In this document: positions 10,301 through 19,396 of the stretch, piece after piece
How positions within the stretch are numbered: position 1 is the stretch's first letter
Layout: each line of letters starts with the position of its first letter
Origin: a virus
Taxonomy: Duplodnaviria; Heunggongvirae; Uroviricota; Caudoviricetes
Virus record (IMG/VR): IMGVR_UViG_3300022719_000284
Location: 26,827 to 90,826 of that record
Direction: 5' to 3' (one strand)
DNA: 64,000 bases
Position numbers and translations under genes: made by a program
Notes under the pieces: generated by a model
What the model was told of the DNA's origin: nothing
Seen by the model: only the letters and a program-made list of their open reading frames with translations
Database searches by the model: none

Positions 10301-11826
10301 CACGGCGCTTAGATTCCTTGGCAAGCGCTTACGTGTCCCCGGGTGATAAAGAGCTGCTTCCTTCTCTGGAAATGTCCAGCGAGTCTTTTGTCTCTGGGTT
10401 CCTACGTGGCTTGTTTGATGCAGACGGCAGTGTTCAGGGCAGTCCAACAAAGGGGCGTTCTATACGTTTAGCTCAATCTAGCCTACCTCGGCTAGAGTCT
10501 ATTCAAAGAATGCTATTACGCTTTGGTATCGCTTCATCTATATACAAGAGAAGGGAAGAGGGAAAGCGTTTGCTTCCTAACGGCAAAGGTAGCCTTTCTT
10601 CTTATCCCACAAAAATGCAGTATGAGCTAGTTATCTCCAAATCTAACATTTTTAGATTCAGCGATATTATTGGATTTTATGATCCCTCTAAGCAGAAGAA
10701 ACTGGTGGAAATAATTGATCCTGTCTCTCGTAAATACGAAGAACGCTTTATTTCGAAGATATCTGCTATAACTAAACTACCGGAGCCCGAGGCTGTGTAC
10801 GACTGTACAGTAGAGGAAGCGCATTGCTTCGACGCTAATGGTATTGTGGCACACAACTGTGGAGAGATTGTATTAAATATAATGGGAGGTTACTGTGTAA
10901 TAGGCGATATATGCTTGTCTAACGTTGAAAATAAAGAAGACGCTATAAAAGCCGCACGTTTAATGTCTAGATTTTTGATGAGAGTAAACAGAATGACTTC
11001 TCTGTATAAGAGTGAGGTGGAGAGAACCAACAGAATAGGCGTGGGGCTTACAGGTATTCATGAATTTGCTTACCAGCATTTTGGTTTGACTTTCTGGGAT
11101 TTGATCAATGAAGAGAAGTCTTTTGAGTTCTGGGCGTTCGTTGATGAGCTTCGTCGTTCTGTAGAGAATTCCGCTGTAGATTTTTCTGAAGAGATTGGTT
11201 GCTCCATTCCTCATACTTTTACTACTATCAAGCCTAGTGGTACCGTAAGCAAAGTCATGAATTGTACAGAAGGTGCTCACCTACCAGCTATGCCGTACTA
11301 CATCCGTTGGGTCCAGTATGCACTAGATGATCCGGCCGTAGAAGATCATCGTGAGAGGGGCTATCCTATTAAGGATATTAGCAAACAGTATGCTGGGCAT
11401 TGCGTGATAGGTTTCCCGACTAAGATGCCAATTGCTGATATAATGGGTGATAAGGTTGTCGTAGCCAGTGAAGTTCCTCCTTCGGACCAGTATGAATGGT
11501 TAAGGTTGCTTGAGAAATATTGGTTGGGAGGTTCTGGTAAGAACAATCAAACTAGTTATACCCTTAAATATAGACCAGAGGAGGTGGACTATTCCAGCTT
11601 TTCTCAGATGATTTTGGAAAACCAATCTACTGTAAGGGCTTGTTCTGTAATGCCCAGCATTAATGAAAGTGCTTACATATACGTTCCGGAGGAACAAATA
11701 TCTAAAGAAAGATATGAGGAGTTAATTTCCCAAATCGACAGATTTGATAAAGAAGCTGTAGACTCAGATAGACTTGACTGCGAGGGCGGTGCTTGTCCTA
11801 TCGAGTTTGACATAAATGAAAGTTGA
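7345..11826 (+). CDS. nrdJ: Class II (B12-dependent) ribonucleotide reductase containing two inteins (~730 aa after splicing)
   Basis: GGIRR|SA, NP|CGEI, RIGVGLTG, TIKPSGT and C-terminal CEGGACPI; no NrdB nearby. Confidence 0.9.
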   Translation: MSEFSVPTGMPRSVWENKYARKLDGTGRQGNARNETGFQSWSDRVSEVVQGNFLLDPRPRKVFETELEETLALAKAGIMPFSGRHLQHGDLGQPDRIMESYTNCSTAIFSFIKFWLLLKGSGVGRCYDSDLCRVDWSFMPNTRFVLDENHPDFEEGIESLAEAKHKYDSESEEVRWFEVEDSGEGWVKVVEILETAAFQHKHENKLFIFDFSKVRGKGVPIKGQQGRPASGPVPFIRVLKKVASIKGAGMKPWKQAMFIDHYLSSCVAVGGIRRCLPAGTLVQAESGLIPIETVKIGCQVKTSKGFSTVTDTLDQGIQTVSRIITQMGSFDCTKDHRVAVMLDYKGNYIWKKAGELKSGDRLVFPSHEIPGTKTSLPEFSYVKPKHSTTCVGIKIPELTPEIAWFLGLFAGDGYISEPAHRGYGAVALHQDQLDIKERAQNALNSFGISSSYKKFEGKQARLDFKSQQLGIFLREYIKRPNEALKVPEFILQGLPSIRAAYVAGLFDADGSSSTRPLQVVSSVYKSYVVEVQALLVSLGIASVIKEKKRKEKGWKTIYILSVKGETFKEHFAKKVSCFSSKFSVGNVNVTRSSHAYGFPSEWIDFPDKHKWSPRNPQMLTETFTKITGQDVSLFPIEVLEVKLDCYECPTFDITVEAEEFSLGSGILVHNSARIATKSWRDKDVIEFIDIKRVESEKAKLYTANNSVTVDAEFWEQALRPEPSHARRVFEAAVGAAYFDKTGEPGFLNVDLLTNNETGLDKVTKDNYISSEMSTMLNLHDRTMDMIDHTLKWAKKKKYKFIVNPCVTADTWVNTSHGPRQVQDLINKPFTAVVNGKEYKASGFWETGIKTVYEVKTARGYKLKATANHKLLVETSRKQKYGGGYNTTTEWVAVGDLSVGNNLVLSNNCTEVARNTVEFDNGWLLGEIVGDGGHNPEKYPSYVRFWGEHKESLASLALGIAKRLPNIESSVPFGQIQNCGETSQVATRRLDSLASAYVSPGDKELLPSLEMSSESFVSGFLRGLFDADGSVQGSPTKGRSIRLAQSSLPRLESIQRMLLRFGIASSIYKRREEGKRLLPNGKGSLSSYPTKMQYELVISKSNIFRFSDIIGFYDPSKQKKLVEIIDPVSRKYEERFISKISAITKLPEPEAVYDCTVEEAHCFDANGIVAHNCGEIVLNIMGGYCVIGDICLSNVENKEDAIKAARLMSRFLMRVNRMTSLYKSEVERTNRIGVGLTGIHEFAYQHFGLTFWDLINEEKSFEFWAFVDELRRSVENSAVDFSEEIGCSIPHTFTTIKPSGTVSKVMNCTEGAHLPAMPYYIRWVQYALDDPAVEDHRERGYPIKDISKQYAGHCVIGFPTKMPIADIMGDKVVVASEVPPSDQYEWLRLLEKYWLGGSGKNNQTSYTLKYRPEEVDYSSFSQMILENQSTVRACSVMPSINESAYIYVPEEQISKERYEELISQIDRFDKEAVDSDRLDCEGGACPIEFDINES
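8167..9354 (+). mobile_element. Intein 1 with LAGLIDADG homing endonuclease (396 aa)
   Basis: Starts CLPAGT, ends GILVHN followed by Ser; endonuclease motifs FLGLFAGDG and YVAGLFDADG. Confidence 0.92.
9757..10857 (+). mobile_element. Intein 2 with LAGLIDADG homing endonuclease (367 aa)
   Basis: Starts CVTADT, ends GIVAHN followed by the catalytic Cys of NPCGE; motifs LLGEIVGDG and FLRGLFDADG. Confidence 0.92.
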
Positions 11827-11839
11827 AAGGATATTACAC

Positions 11840-12109
11840 ATGGGTAGAAGTGCTGCACAAGTTCTAGAGGACATTCTCTACAATATAGTTCAAGCTCTAG
11901 TTGATAATGAAAATTCTATTGATATTAGAGTCCATGATTCCGAAAGTACCATCTTTTTCGATGTGGATGTAGATAGGTCAGATGTGGGTAAGCTAATTGG
12001 AAGAAATGGAAAAACGGCTGGAGCACTTCGACATGTTCTCGGAGCTGCTGGAGCTAAGCTCAAAGTTAGGACAATTCTTTCTATTAAGGACAAGAGAGTA
12101 GAAGAATGA
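11840..12109 (+). CDS. khpA: KhpA/YlqC (UPF0109)-like single KH-domain RNA-binding protein
   Basis: IVQALVDN...DVGKLIGRNGKTAGALRHVL with GxxG loop; ~89 aa. Confidence 0.85.
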   Translation: MGRSAAQVLEDILYNIVQALVDNENSIDIRVHDSESTIFFDVDVDRSDVGKLIGRNGKTAGALRHVLGAAGAKLKVRTILSIKDKRVEE

Positions 12110-12831
12110 GTAATATCCGGTACGTGGTAGCTTCGCTACCTCGCTCCGGTACCAAATATATCTCAACCGTTCTAACTAAGATAGGCTTGAGATGTGGTCA
12201 TGAGCAGTTTTTTGGTCTGAAGAGGAGTGAGGTAAGACTTACTAGTGTCTCCGAAATATTTGGAGACGCAAGTTGGATGTCCGTGCCCTACATACAATCT
12301 CTCCCTCCCGGCACCATAGTTTTTCACCAAGTTAGAGATCCTATAAAAGTTCTAAATTCTAATCTACCCTCTGGAGGGGACAGCTATTTTAGAACTTGGG
12401 ATGAGAATGCAGGATTATCTTCGGATCCTTTTTACAAAAAGGAGCTTCCCTGGAAAAGATTTATATGGAATCACACTCAAGATTGGGTTTGGCCACATGG
12501 TGGGGGAGAGGTTCCAGAAGGAAAAGAAGAGATTCAAAGGCTAATACATTGGTGGATTAATTGGAATCTGTGGATTGAGTTTTCTTCTTTAAAAAGATCT
12601 GATTTGACATATGTTAGATACAGGTTGGAAGATTTGACTTCAGATATTTTATATCAAATGGTTCAACTTATCAGCGAGTCTAGTTCTAGTATCACTATAA
12701 AGGATTGTGAAAAAGCTATAGCAGAGGTTCCAAGTACCACCAATAGACATAGAAAACCCAATTCTAAGATTACTGTAGATATGTTATCTCCAGCAGCAAG
12801 GTTATTAATGTATAGGTATGGGTATTTATGA
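12106..12831 (+). CDS. Sulfotransferase-like protein
   Basis: 5'-PSB loop SLPRSGTKY, GHE, HQVRDP (3'-PB), VRYRLEDL. Confidence 0.7.
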   Translation: MSNIRYVVASLPRSGTKYISTVLTKIGLRCGHEQFFGLKRSEVRLTSVSEIFGDASWMSVPYIQSLPPGTIVFHQVRDPIKVLNSNLPSGGDSYFRTWDENAGLSSDPFYKKELPWKRFIWNHTQDWVWPHGGGEVPEGKEEIQRLIHWWINWNLWIEFSSLKRSDLTYVRYRLEDLTSDILYQMVQLISESSSSITIKDCEKAIAEVPSTTNRHRKPNSKITVDMLSPAARLLMYRYGYL

Positions 12832-15188
12832 TTAAGTTCAAAAGATTGAAATTCAAGAATGCGGTTACTTTTGATAACACAGTGGTAGTGCCGTTACAGA
12901 AGCAAGGAAGAGTCTTTCTTTCTGGTAATAACACTGATACAGGTGGAAGTAATGGTGCCGGAAAAAGCACCATTTTTGAAGTTTTACAGCACATTTTATT
13001 TTCATCTACCTCCAAAGGATTTTCTAGGAATAAATTTGCGGCTAACGGATACATGTCGGAACTTATAATGGAAGTAGATGGACATGAATATAAAATTCTC
13101 CAATTTAGAGGAGCTAAAAAGAAAGAAAGAAAAGACGGCTACCAAATTTGGAAAGATGGACAAGAGGTGACCCCAAAAGGCACTCGCCACATGCAGGATT
13201 GTATTCAGTACATAAAAGAAATCATAGGAATTACTGAAGAAGAATTCAGAGGATACATATACCTTGCACAAGAAGGACAAGGGCATGTGCTAATTTCGGG
13301 AAAAGGGTCCGAAAAGAGAAATTATTTATCAAATCTATTCAGTTTGGATAGATATGACTCCGTTAAAGCTGGAGTTGACGAAGAACTAGAGAATATAAAA
13401 TCACAAATTGCAGTTTTATCTGAAAAAGTAGCTGTGCGAAACGAATTAAGAGAACAGCTAGATAACGTAGAGCTATCTCAAGATGATTTTCATGCCTACG
13501 AATCTAGCATAGAGGCTGCTAGACAATTTGTTCAAGAGAAGCAAAAGATTTGGACTGGAAAACTCAGAAAAGAGGATTCTCGAAGGGTTCAAGAGGGAGA
13601 GCGTAAGGAGGTCAGAAGTAGACTCGACGAGATATTCCCCAAATGGCAGGAATTAGATGTAGAGGAGCAATCAGAAGCAAGACACAGTAAGTTACGCAAG
13701 CTAAATGCTAGAATAGAAAAGCTTGAAGATCTTAAGACTCTGCAAGACGAGAAGCTAGAGCTAGAAGAGGAATACGAAGACAAGCAGGAAATGACAGAAG
13801 AAGAGGCTGCTAAGGCTCTTAAGGCGGCTCAATCTAAAGTTTCTGAAATGGATTCCAACCTTAAAGGCATCAAAAGAAGGATCGTCCTAGAGGAACAGTT
13901 GCCAGACATAAGCGGTATTGGAAGCGATGTCAATGAAAGGCTTCAAGAAGCTGAAGGTGCTCTAGGGGCTATAAAACACAACCTATCTGAGGCTAAAAAC
14001 ACAGTAGAAAAAATGTCTCAGTTAACGGAAGCAGAATGTCCTACATGCGGGCAGTCTCTTGATCAAAAGGCTATCGAAGAGCAAAGAAAAAGATCTGAGA
14101 ATATAGTAAAAACTATGACATCAGCTCTAAAAAGCACAGAAACAGAGATCTCTGCTCTAAGGGAATTAACAAAACGACTGGAAAATTATGAAAAACTGTC
14201 AGCCCAAATAGGAGAATTGCCTTCAGGTTCTATTGATGAACAAAAAGCAGCTCTTCTTTCTTATGAAAAAGAGGTTAATAGATTAAGCGTGGTGTTGGAA
14301 ACCGCAAAGCAAAATGCCAAAATAGCGAAAAGACTGTCTGAAGTAATATCTGCCATCTCTGCATATCCGGATACCTTGGATGTGTCTAAACTTTCTGAAT
14401 ATACAGAAAGAGCCCGCAAATTAGAAAAATCCCTAGATAAGTTAGAAACTTTGAAGAATCTTAAGGGAAAGTTCTCTAATATGGAAAAAATTGATCTTAT
14501 GCCGGAGAATGAGTATGAGATTTTAGCAGAAAGAGCTTCTTTCTATGAGAAAGCGGCGTCGGAAATAGCCGTTCTAGAGGCAGATATCGCCCAAAAGAAA
14601 ACAACTGCTGAGAAGCTACAGAATCGCCTTAGTGACCTTGAAAGGGAGCTTGAAGGATGGGAGTCCACACAGCAGAGAAAAGCCCTTTTCGAGGCTATGA
14701 AGGAAGCTTACGGGCCTAAGGGGCTAAAAATAACTCAACTAAAAAAGATCTGCAATGCTATTTGCAGATCTTTACCAAAATACACTACAATCATGTTTCA
14801 AGAGCCCAGAGTGGAATTTTTTGTAGATAACGATCCCGATTCCACTGATATTGAATTTTACATAAGAAGATTCACGCCGGAAGGGACGGAGGAGTACCCC
14901 GTTGGTAAACTTTCTGGGGGTGAGAAAAAACGACTGGCTGTGGCTATGATATTTTCTCTAGCTGAGCTTGTAAGCCCTAGAAAGAAATGTAATCTCATAG
15001 TCCTAGATGAAGTAGGGGATGGGTTGGATCAGCTAGGAGAAGAGGCTTTTGCATCCCAACTTCTTCCTAATCTATCGCAAGACACAGTTATTTGCACAAG
15101 TCATCGCCCTGGGATCGAATCTGCACAATTTGATAACTACTGGTCGGTTATCAAGAAGAACAATAAAAGTATCCTTACTGTACACTAA
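12828..15188 (+). CDS. sbcC: SbcC/Rad50-like SMC ATPase
   Basis: Walker A GSNGAGKST, Q-loop, coiled coils with CPTCG zinc hook, signature LSGGEKKR, Walker B LIVLDE, H-loop TSH. Confidence 0.93.
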   Translation: MIKFKRLKFKNAVTFDNTVVVPLQKQGRVFLSGNNTDTGGSNGAGKSTIFEVLQHILFSSTSKGFSRNKFAANGYMSELIMEVDGHEYKILQFRGAKKKERKDGYQIWKDGQEVTPKGTRHMQDCIQYIKEIIGITEEEFRGYIYLAQEGQGHVLISGKGSEKRNYLSNLFSLDRYDSVKAGVDEELENIKSQIAVLSEKVAVRNELREQLDNVELSQDDFHAYESSIEAARQFVQEKQKIWTGKLRKEDSRRVQEGERKEVRSRLDEIFPKWQELDVEEQSEARHSKLRKLNARIEKLEDLKTLQDEKLELEEEYEDKQEMTEEEAAKALKAAQSKVSEMDSNLKGIKRRIVLEEQLPDISGIGSDVNERLQEAEGALGAIKHNLSEAKNTVEKMSQLTEAECPTCGQSLDQKAIEEQRKRSENIVKTMTSALKSTETEISALRELTKRLENYEKLSAQIGELPSGSIDEQKAALLSYEKEVNRLSVVLETAKQNAKIAKRLSEVISAISAYPDTLDVSKLSEYTERARKLEKSLDKLETLKNLKGKFSNMEKIDLMPENEYEILAERASFYEKAASEIAVLEADIAQKKTTAEKLQNRLSDLERELEGWESTQQRKALFEAMKEAYGPKGLKITQLKKICNAICRSLPKYTTIMFQEPRVEFFVDNDPDSTDIEFYIRRFTPEGTEEYPVGKLSGGEKKRLAVAMIFSLAELVSPRKKCNLIVLDEVGDGLDQLGEEAFASQLLPNLSQDTVICTSHRPGIESAQFDNYWSVIKKNNKSILTVH

Positions 15189-15190
15189 AG

Positions 15191-15973
15191 GTGAAACATA
15201 TGCTTGGAGTAGTATTTCATCCACCATCTCTGGTTAGCTTGATGGTAGATCGTGAGAAATTTACCACCGTCGTAGTTCCTTCGGAATTTGAAGACAGCAC
15301 AAAAGAAGTGCTAGAAGATCTTTTTTCAAAAAGAGCACCCAAAGGTACTAGAAAACTCTTGCTAGTGGAAGGAGTAGACACTTTAAGCAAAGTTGCTTCT
15401 CTTTTTCCGGAGCAGAAAGTTAGAGTGGTAATATTTGATGTAGCTGAGAAGCTAAGCATGTTTACCAATGTATTGATAGACTATAATGAAGTAAATGGAA
15501 TTAAGAAGCTAGTATCTTTGAAGCCTAGTGCCCTTAACCAGGGACTAACCAAATTAAAGCCTTCATATCTTGAAGAATTTAGAGTAGATTTCAGGGACAG
15601 TGAAAAGCCTGTGTCAATCGCTATTCGGGATGGGGTTTTCTCGAAGGCTCTTAAAAACTCCTCTAAACCTCTTCAGAGGGTTTCTTGTCAATATCTATTG
15701 GGTTTAACTTCTTTTGCGGCTTTGAAGAGAGCAGCAAGGAAAGATAAATCTAAAGTAAATATAGTGACTGACTATACTGATTCTGATAGGGGTGTTGCAT
15801 TAGTTCATGCTTTTATGGACATGTCCGTGTATGGGACTGATAGCAAGGAAGCAGCTTTGTTTTCCGATGCTGACTTAGAGGATCTTAGATTTATTTCCTC
15901 AATTATTACTCCAGAAGCTGATTTGAAATTTAGCTACAAAATACCTGATAAGCTTAAATTAGCTAGGGATTGA
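15191..15973 (+). CDS. Hypothetical protein
   Basis: 260-aa ORF tightly coupled to sbcC; no secure motif. Confidence 0.6.
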   Translation: MKHMLGVVFHPPSLVSLMVDREKFTTVVVPSEFEDSTKEVLEDLFSKRAPKGTRKLLLVEGVDTLSKVASLFPEQKVRVVIFDVAEKLSMFTNVLIDYNEVNGIKKLVSLKPSALNQGLTKLKPSYLEEFRVDFRDSEKPVSIAIRDGVFSKALKNSSKPLQRVSCQYLLGLTSFAALKRAARKDKSKVNIVTDYTDSDRGVALVHAFMDMSVYGTDSKEAALFSDADLEDLRFISSIITPEADLKFSYKIPDKLKLARD

Positions 15974-15974
15974 T

Positions 15975-16490
15975 ATGTTTTTAGAAAAATTGACATGTTG
16001 GCTGGATAAAAGAGGATCCAGCAGAATGATACGCAGAGCAGATAGAGAAACAGGTCAAATTCACAATTATTTGAAAAGATTCTACATATTTAGATCCAGG
16101 TTTTTTAGTATTTTGATTCATCAATTTTGGGCTTCAGATCCAGATCATTATCACGATCATCCGTGGTCCAATATTACGTGGGTACTACGTGGAGGATACT
16201 GGGAAGGGTCCGCAGATGGAAAAGTAAATTATCGAAGAAAAGGTTTCAAGAGATATAGAAACGCAGAATTATTTCATAGAATTTCTATAGGAGAGCATGC
16301 GGAGGGCGAAGCTTGGACTCTTTTTATCCACCTCAAAAGAAAAAGAGATTGGGGATTTCTTACTCCAGAAGGTTGGCTTCCTCATGATATTTACGGAGAA
16401 AAGTACGAATCCCCAGTAGAAACAAGTAAATCAGGAGACTATGAAATAGTCGGGATGTTTTTCCCAAAAGTTGTTTGGCTAAACAAGTAA
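15975..16490 (+). CDS. Cupin-fold conserved phage protein
   Basis: HDHPWSNITWVLRGGYWE and FHRI metal-binding cupin pattern. Confidence 0.65.
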   Translation: MFLEKLTCWLDKRGSSRMIRRADRETGQIHNYLKRFYIFRSRFFSILIHQFWASDPDHYHDHPWSNITWVLRGGYWEGSADGKVNYRRKGFKRYRNAELFHRISIGEHAEGEAWTLFIHLKRKRDWGFLTPEGWLPHDIYGEKYESPVETSKSGDYEIVGMFFPKVVWLNK

Positions 16491-16494
16491 TGCT

Positions 16495-16680
16495 ATGCCC
16501 CGGGTGTACGGTTATAAGTTGAGATGGATTGTTGAAGAAGTCGCCTGTTCTGTTTGTGAAAAGGCATACGATGGAACTTGGTTTATGGTTAGAATAGAGG
16601 AAACCGGAGATTCCTTATGTCGGGAGTGTTTAAAAGCTTGGAAACTTAAAATGAATTCCATACATGTTAGCAATATTTAA
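16495..16680 (+). CDS. Small putative zinc-finger protein
   Basis: CSVC and CREC pairs in 61 aa. Confidence 0.5.
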   Translation: MPRVYGYKLRWIVEEVACSVCEKAYDGTWFMVRIEETGDSLCRECLKAWKLKMNSIHVSNI

Positions 16681-16728
16681 CATATTTTACGAAAATTAAA
16701 AGAGAAAAGCTGAGAAATTTTTCGAGAT

Positions 16729-16756
16729 TAAAGTTTCAAAGACTATCTTACGATGG
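16729..16756 (+). promoter_or_regulatory. Sigma28-like promoter (TAAAGTTT..., TAAA-N16-TACGATGG) for the RNA ligase gene
   Basis: Copy of the TAAAGTT(T/C) motif that recurs upstream of five transcription units; A-rich upstream. Confidence 0.5.
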
Positions 16757-16763
16757 GTTCCAC

Positions 16764-17618
16764 ATGGGATACTTACATATTGATAACCTCTATAAGAACA
16801 CGGAAATCATGCTCTTTAGGGAGTGTTTTGCACTAGAGAAGATCCACGGTACTTCTGCCCATGTAGCATGGAAAGATGGTATAATTAGGTTTTTCTCAGG
16901 TGGATCAAATCACGATTCTTTTGTTTCCCTGTTTGACGCTGAGGGTCTTCGGTCCAAGTTCTTGGAATTGGGTCATGACAACGTGGTGGTCTATGGTGAA
17001 GCCTACGGTGGTAAAGTGCAGCGCATGAGGGAAACTTACGGCTCTAGCCTTAGATTTATAGCCTTTGATGTAAAGGTTGGAGATTGTTGGCTAACTGTAC
17101 CTAACGCTCATGATGTAGCTGTAAGGATGGATATAGACTTTGTTCATTACGAGAAGGTATCTACAGATCTTGAGTCTCTGAACGCTCAGCGTGATGCAGA
17201 TTCTATTCAGGCAATCCGAAATGGTATAGGTCCTGGCAAGATGCGTGAGGGTGTTATCTTGCGACCTCTTATCGAAGTTACACGAAATGATGGAAAGAGA
17301 ATCATCGTGAAACATAAGAGGGATGAATTTAAGGAAACTAGGACCCCACGGGAAATTGATCCTGAAAAGTTGAAGATACTAGAGAAAGCCGAGGCTATTG
17401 CCGAAGAATGGGTAACTGATGAACGTCTTAGGCACGTTCTTGATAAACTTCCTCAGGGTATTGGTCTTGAAGGCACTGGTCAAGTAATTAAGGCTATGAA
17501 AGAAGACGTACTTAGAGAAGCACAAGGCGAAATTGTAGATTCTAAGGATGCCCGGAAAGCAATTGGGCGGAGAACCTCTCTGCTATTCAAGAAGTTTATC
17601 AAATCCAGCATAGAGTAA
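16764..17618 (+). CDS. ATP-dependent RNA ligase (Rnl2-like)
   Basis: Motif I EKIHGTS, VYGEAYG, FIAFDV, REGVILRP, VKHKRDEFKE. Confidence 0.8.
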   Translation: MGYLHIDNLYKNTEIMLFRECFALEKIHGTSAHVAWKDGIIRFFSGGSNHDSFVSLFDAEGLRSKFLELGHDNVVVYGEAYGGKVQRMRETYGSSLRFIAFDVKVGDCWLTVPNAHDVAVRMDIDFVHYEKVSTDLESLNAQRDADSIQAIRNGIGPGKMREGVILRPLIEVTRNDGKRIIVKHKRDEFKETRTPREIDPEKLKILEKAEAIAEEWVTDERLRHVLDKLPQGIGLEGTGQVIKAMKEDVLREAQGEIVDSKDARKAIGRRTSLLFKKFIKSSIE

Positions 17619-17639
17619 CACGGGATAATAGATAGCTTT

Positions 17640-17906
17640 TTAGGAACCAACAAGAGAAAGAGCATATACAGGGACGTTGCACCTATTTTCCCCTATACCG
17701 CCCCTTTTTGTTTCATCCGGCTTAGACAAAGCTGCTATATCACCATCATCTGTGTTTGTTTTCAAAATCGAAACTATAGTCCACTCATAAAGTGTTTGGT
17801 TCCCATCTTGGGCATATTTTACCGGATCTACATGCCAAACTCTATCACCCTTTTTCACCCTTTTTACATTGATATTTCGTTTAGGTGATTTCTTGTTGGA
17901 AGTCAT
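17640..17906 (-). CDS. Hypothetical protein
   Basis: 88 aa, ATGA overlap with the end of NAMPT. Confidence 0.55.
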   Translation of the reverse strand: MTSNKKSPKRNINVKRVKKGDRVWHVDPVKYAQDGNQTLYEWTIVSILKTNTDDGDIAALSKPDETKRGGIGENRCNVPVYALSLVGS

Positions 17907-19348
17907 TCTCTAGCTCTTTTGCGAACATTCTCAAATGTAGTCACCTGAGAAGCACCATTCTCATAAATGACTTGCATTATATCCCCAAGTTGACCCACCT
18001 GACCTAGAACGACTCCGCCATCAACTCCGAGGACAGTAGCCCTACCTTTAAGGGAAACTTTGTCGGCATCTGTCTTGGGCATTTTTTGCATATCTCGCCA
18101 AATCCCGTCCTTATCCATACGAGCGGTGGCTTTCATAGAGAAACTGAAGTCATCCCGACCAGAGCCATTGGTCATCCCTCCACCAAATCCGAAAACAAAA
18201 TTGCTGGCGGCTAGCTTGCGGATTGTAGCAAGGTCAAAAATCTGCTTGAAATTATGGAGCTTCAGTCCATCGCCTTGAATGACGCCAAGATGCGGAGGAA
18301 GAGTTTGAAACCCTTTCTCGTTTCTTTCAGACCACACTGGATAAACCCCATCAAGAAGCCATTCGACGACTTCTACTGGCTTCTTAACGGCATTTCCGGA
18401 ATCAGGTCGGCAGACGTACTTACCCCCGGTTTCTTTAATACGCTCGTGATTAGGAATAACGAATTCTTTGATGTATCTCTCGTCATCAAATGTATCAATT
18501 AATGAAGAAATAAGAGGAATACCGATCCCTCTGTTAGCCTGCTTAACAACACGATCCAGAGTTTCCAGGCTCATCTTGAAAGCAGCACTGTCATCTCGGG
18601 CTTCACAATCTGAATTAGCACATACAACACTGTGCTCATTAGCATCCACAGAAGAAAGTGTGGGTAGAGTGGTGTTATAGAGTCTCTTGATGAATCGGTT
18701 TGCCTCTAGGCAGTCGGATCCGCTAAAGAACACCGCATGTGCGATACCGGCCATGAGAGCCCGGTCCCTACCACCAGCCCCACGGTCACCGAAGTTGTGA
18801 ACCATGTATTCCGCAGTTTCGACTGGAGTGCCTGTGATTTCGCAAAATTTATTCACTTGTTTTCGTAGATAGCGAACTTTGGAGGCAATCGTGGTCATGA
18901 CCCACACGATATCCTGTACCCAGGTTTCTACGTAAGCAGGGAGCCAAGGGAAGCGATCATCGGTGTTTTCGACCGACATTATAGGCAGTCCAACCGGAAT
19001 AACTGTTCCCTCCGGTACGGCGCGAACCTTCAGGGGAAGGTATCCCAGATCTAGAAGGGATTCCCACTCGGCCCGGGGAAACTCGTACCCCTGCTCCGTG
19101 ATTTCGGTCTCGGCCTCGTCGATCATATTGTTGGTTATCTTTGTTGACCTCAGGATCTCGGATACGATCTGGGGACCGAGAACTACGATCTCGTTGATCT
19201 TGATGTTGTGGTCCTGATCCACAAAGGGTTTCCTGGCTACTACGTTGGAATGAATTTTTCGAGTTCCCGCCGGAAGGTGTAGACGGTGACCAACCTTATA
19301 GGAATCGGCGGCTAGAATAAAATTGCTATCGAGTAGATTTTGGAACAT
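17903..19348 (-). CDS. nadV: Nicotinamide phosphoribosyltransferase (NAMPT/NadV)
   Basis: LAADSYKVGH, VHNFGDRG, ANEHSV, CRPDSG, VIQGDG, FGFGGG, RDDFSFSMKAT. Confidence 0.93.
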   Translation of the reverse strand: MFQNLLDSNFILAADSYKVGHRLHLPAGTRKIHSNVVARKPFVDQDHNIKINEIVVLGPQIVSEILRSTKITNNMIDEAETEITEQGYEFPRAEWESLLDLGYLPLKVRAVPEGTVIPVGLPIMSVENTDDRFPWLPAYVETWVQDIVWVMTTIASKVRYLRKQVNKFCEITGTPVETAEYMVHNFGDRGAGGRDRALMAGIAHAVFFSGSDCLEANRFIKRLYNTTLPTLSSVDANEHSVVCANSDCEARDDSAAFKMSLETLDRVVKQANRGIGIPLISSLIDTFDDERYIKEFVIPNHERIKETGGKYVCRPDSGNAVKKPVEVVEWLLDGVYPVWSERNEKGFQTLPPHLGVIQGDGLKLHNFKQIFDLATIRKLAASNFVFGFGGGMTNGSGRDDFSFSMKATARMDKDGIWRDMQKMPKTDADKVSLKGRATVLGVDGGVVLGQVGQLGDIMQVIYENGASQVTTFENVRKRARE

Positions 19349-19387
19349 TTTATTTTCCTTTCTTTTCGGGTCTTCTTCCGCGACCCT
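19349..19387 (-). promoter_or_regulatory. Conserved leader hairpin (GGGUC-GCGGAAGAA-GACCC) plus purine-rich tail upstream of NAMPT
   Basis: 24 of 30 positions identical to the element upstream of nadM; the stem differences preserve pairing. Confidence 0.65.
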
Positions 19388-19396
19388 AGATCTAAT

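Noticed and set aside
15191-15973. DNA polymerase III delta subunit
   Set aside because: Size and a few beta-strand patterns fit, but there is no diagnostic motif; needs an HMM search.
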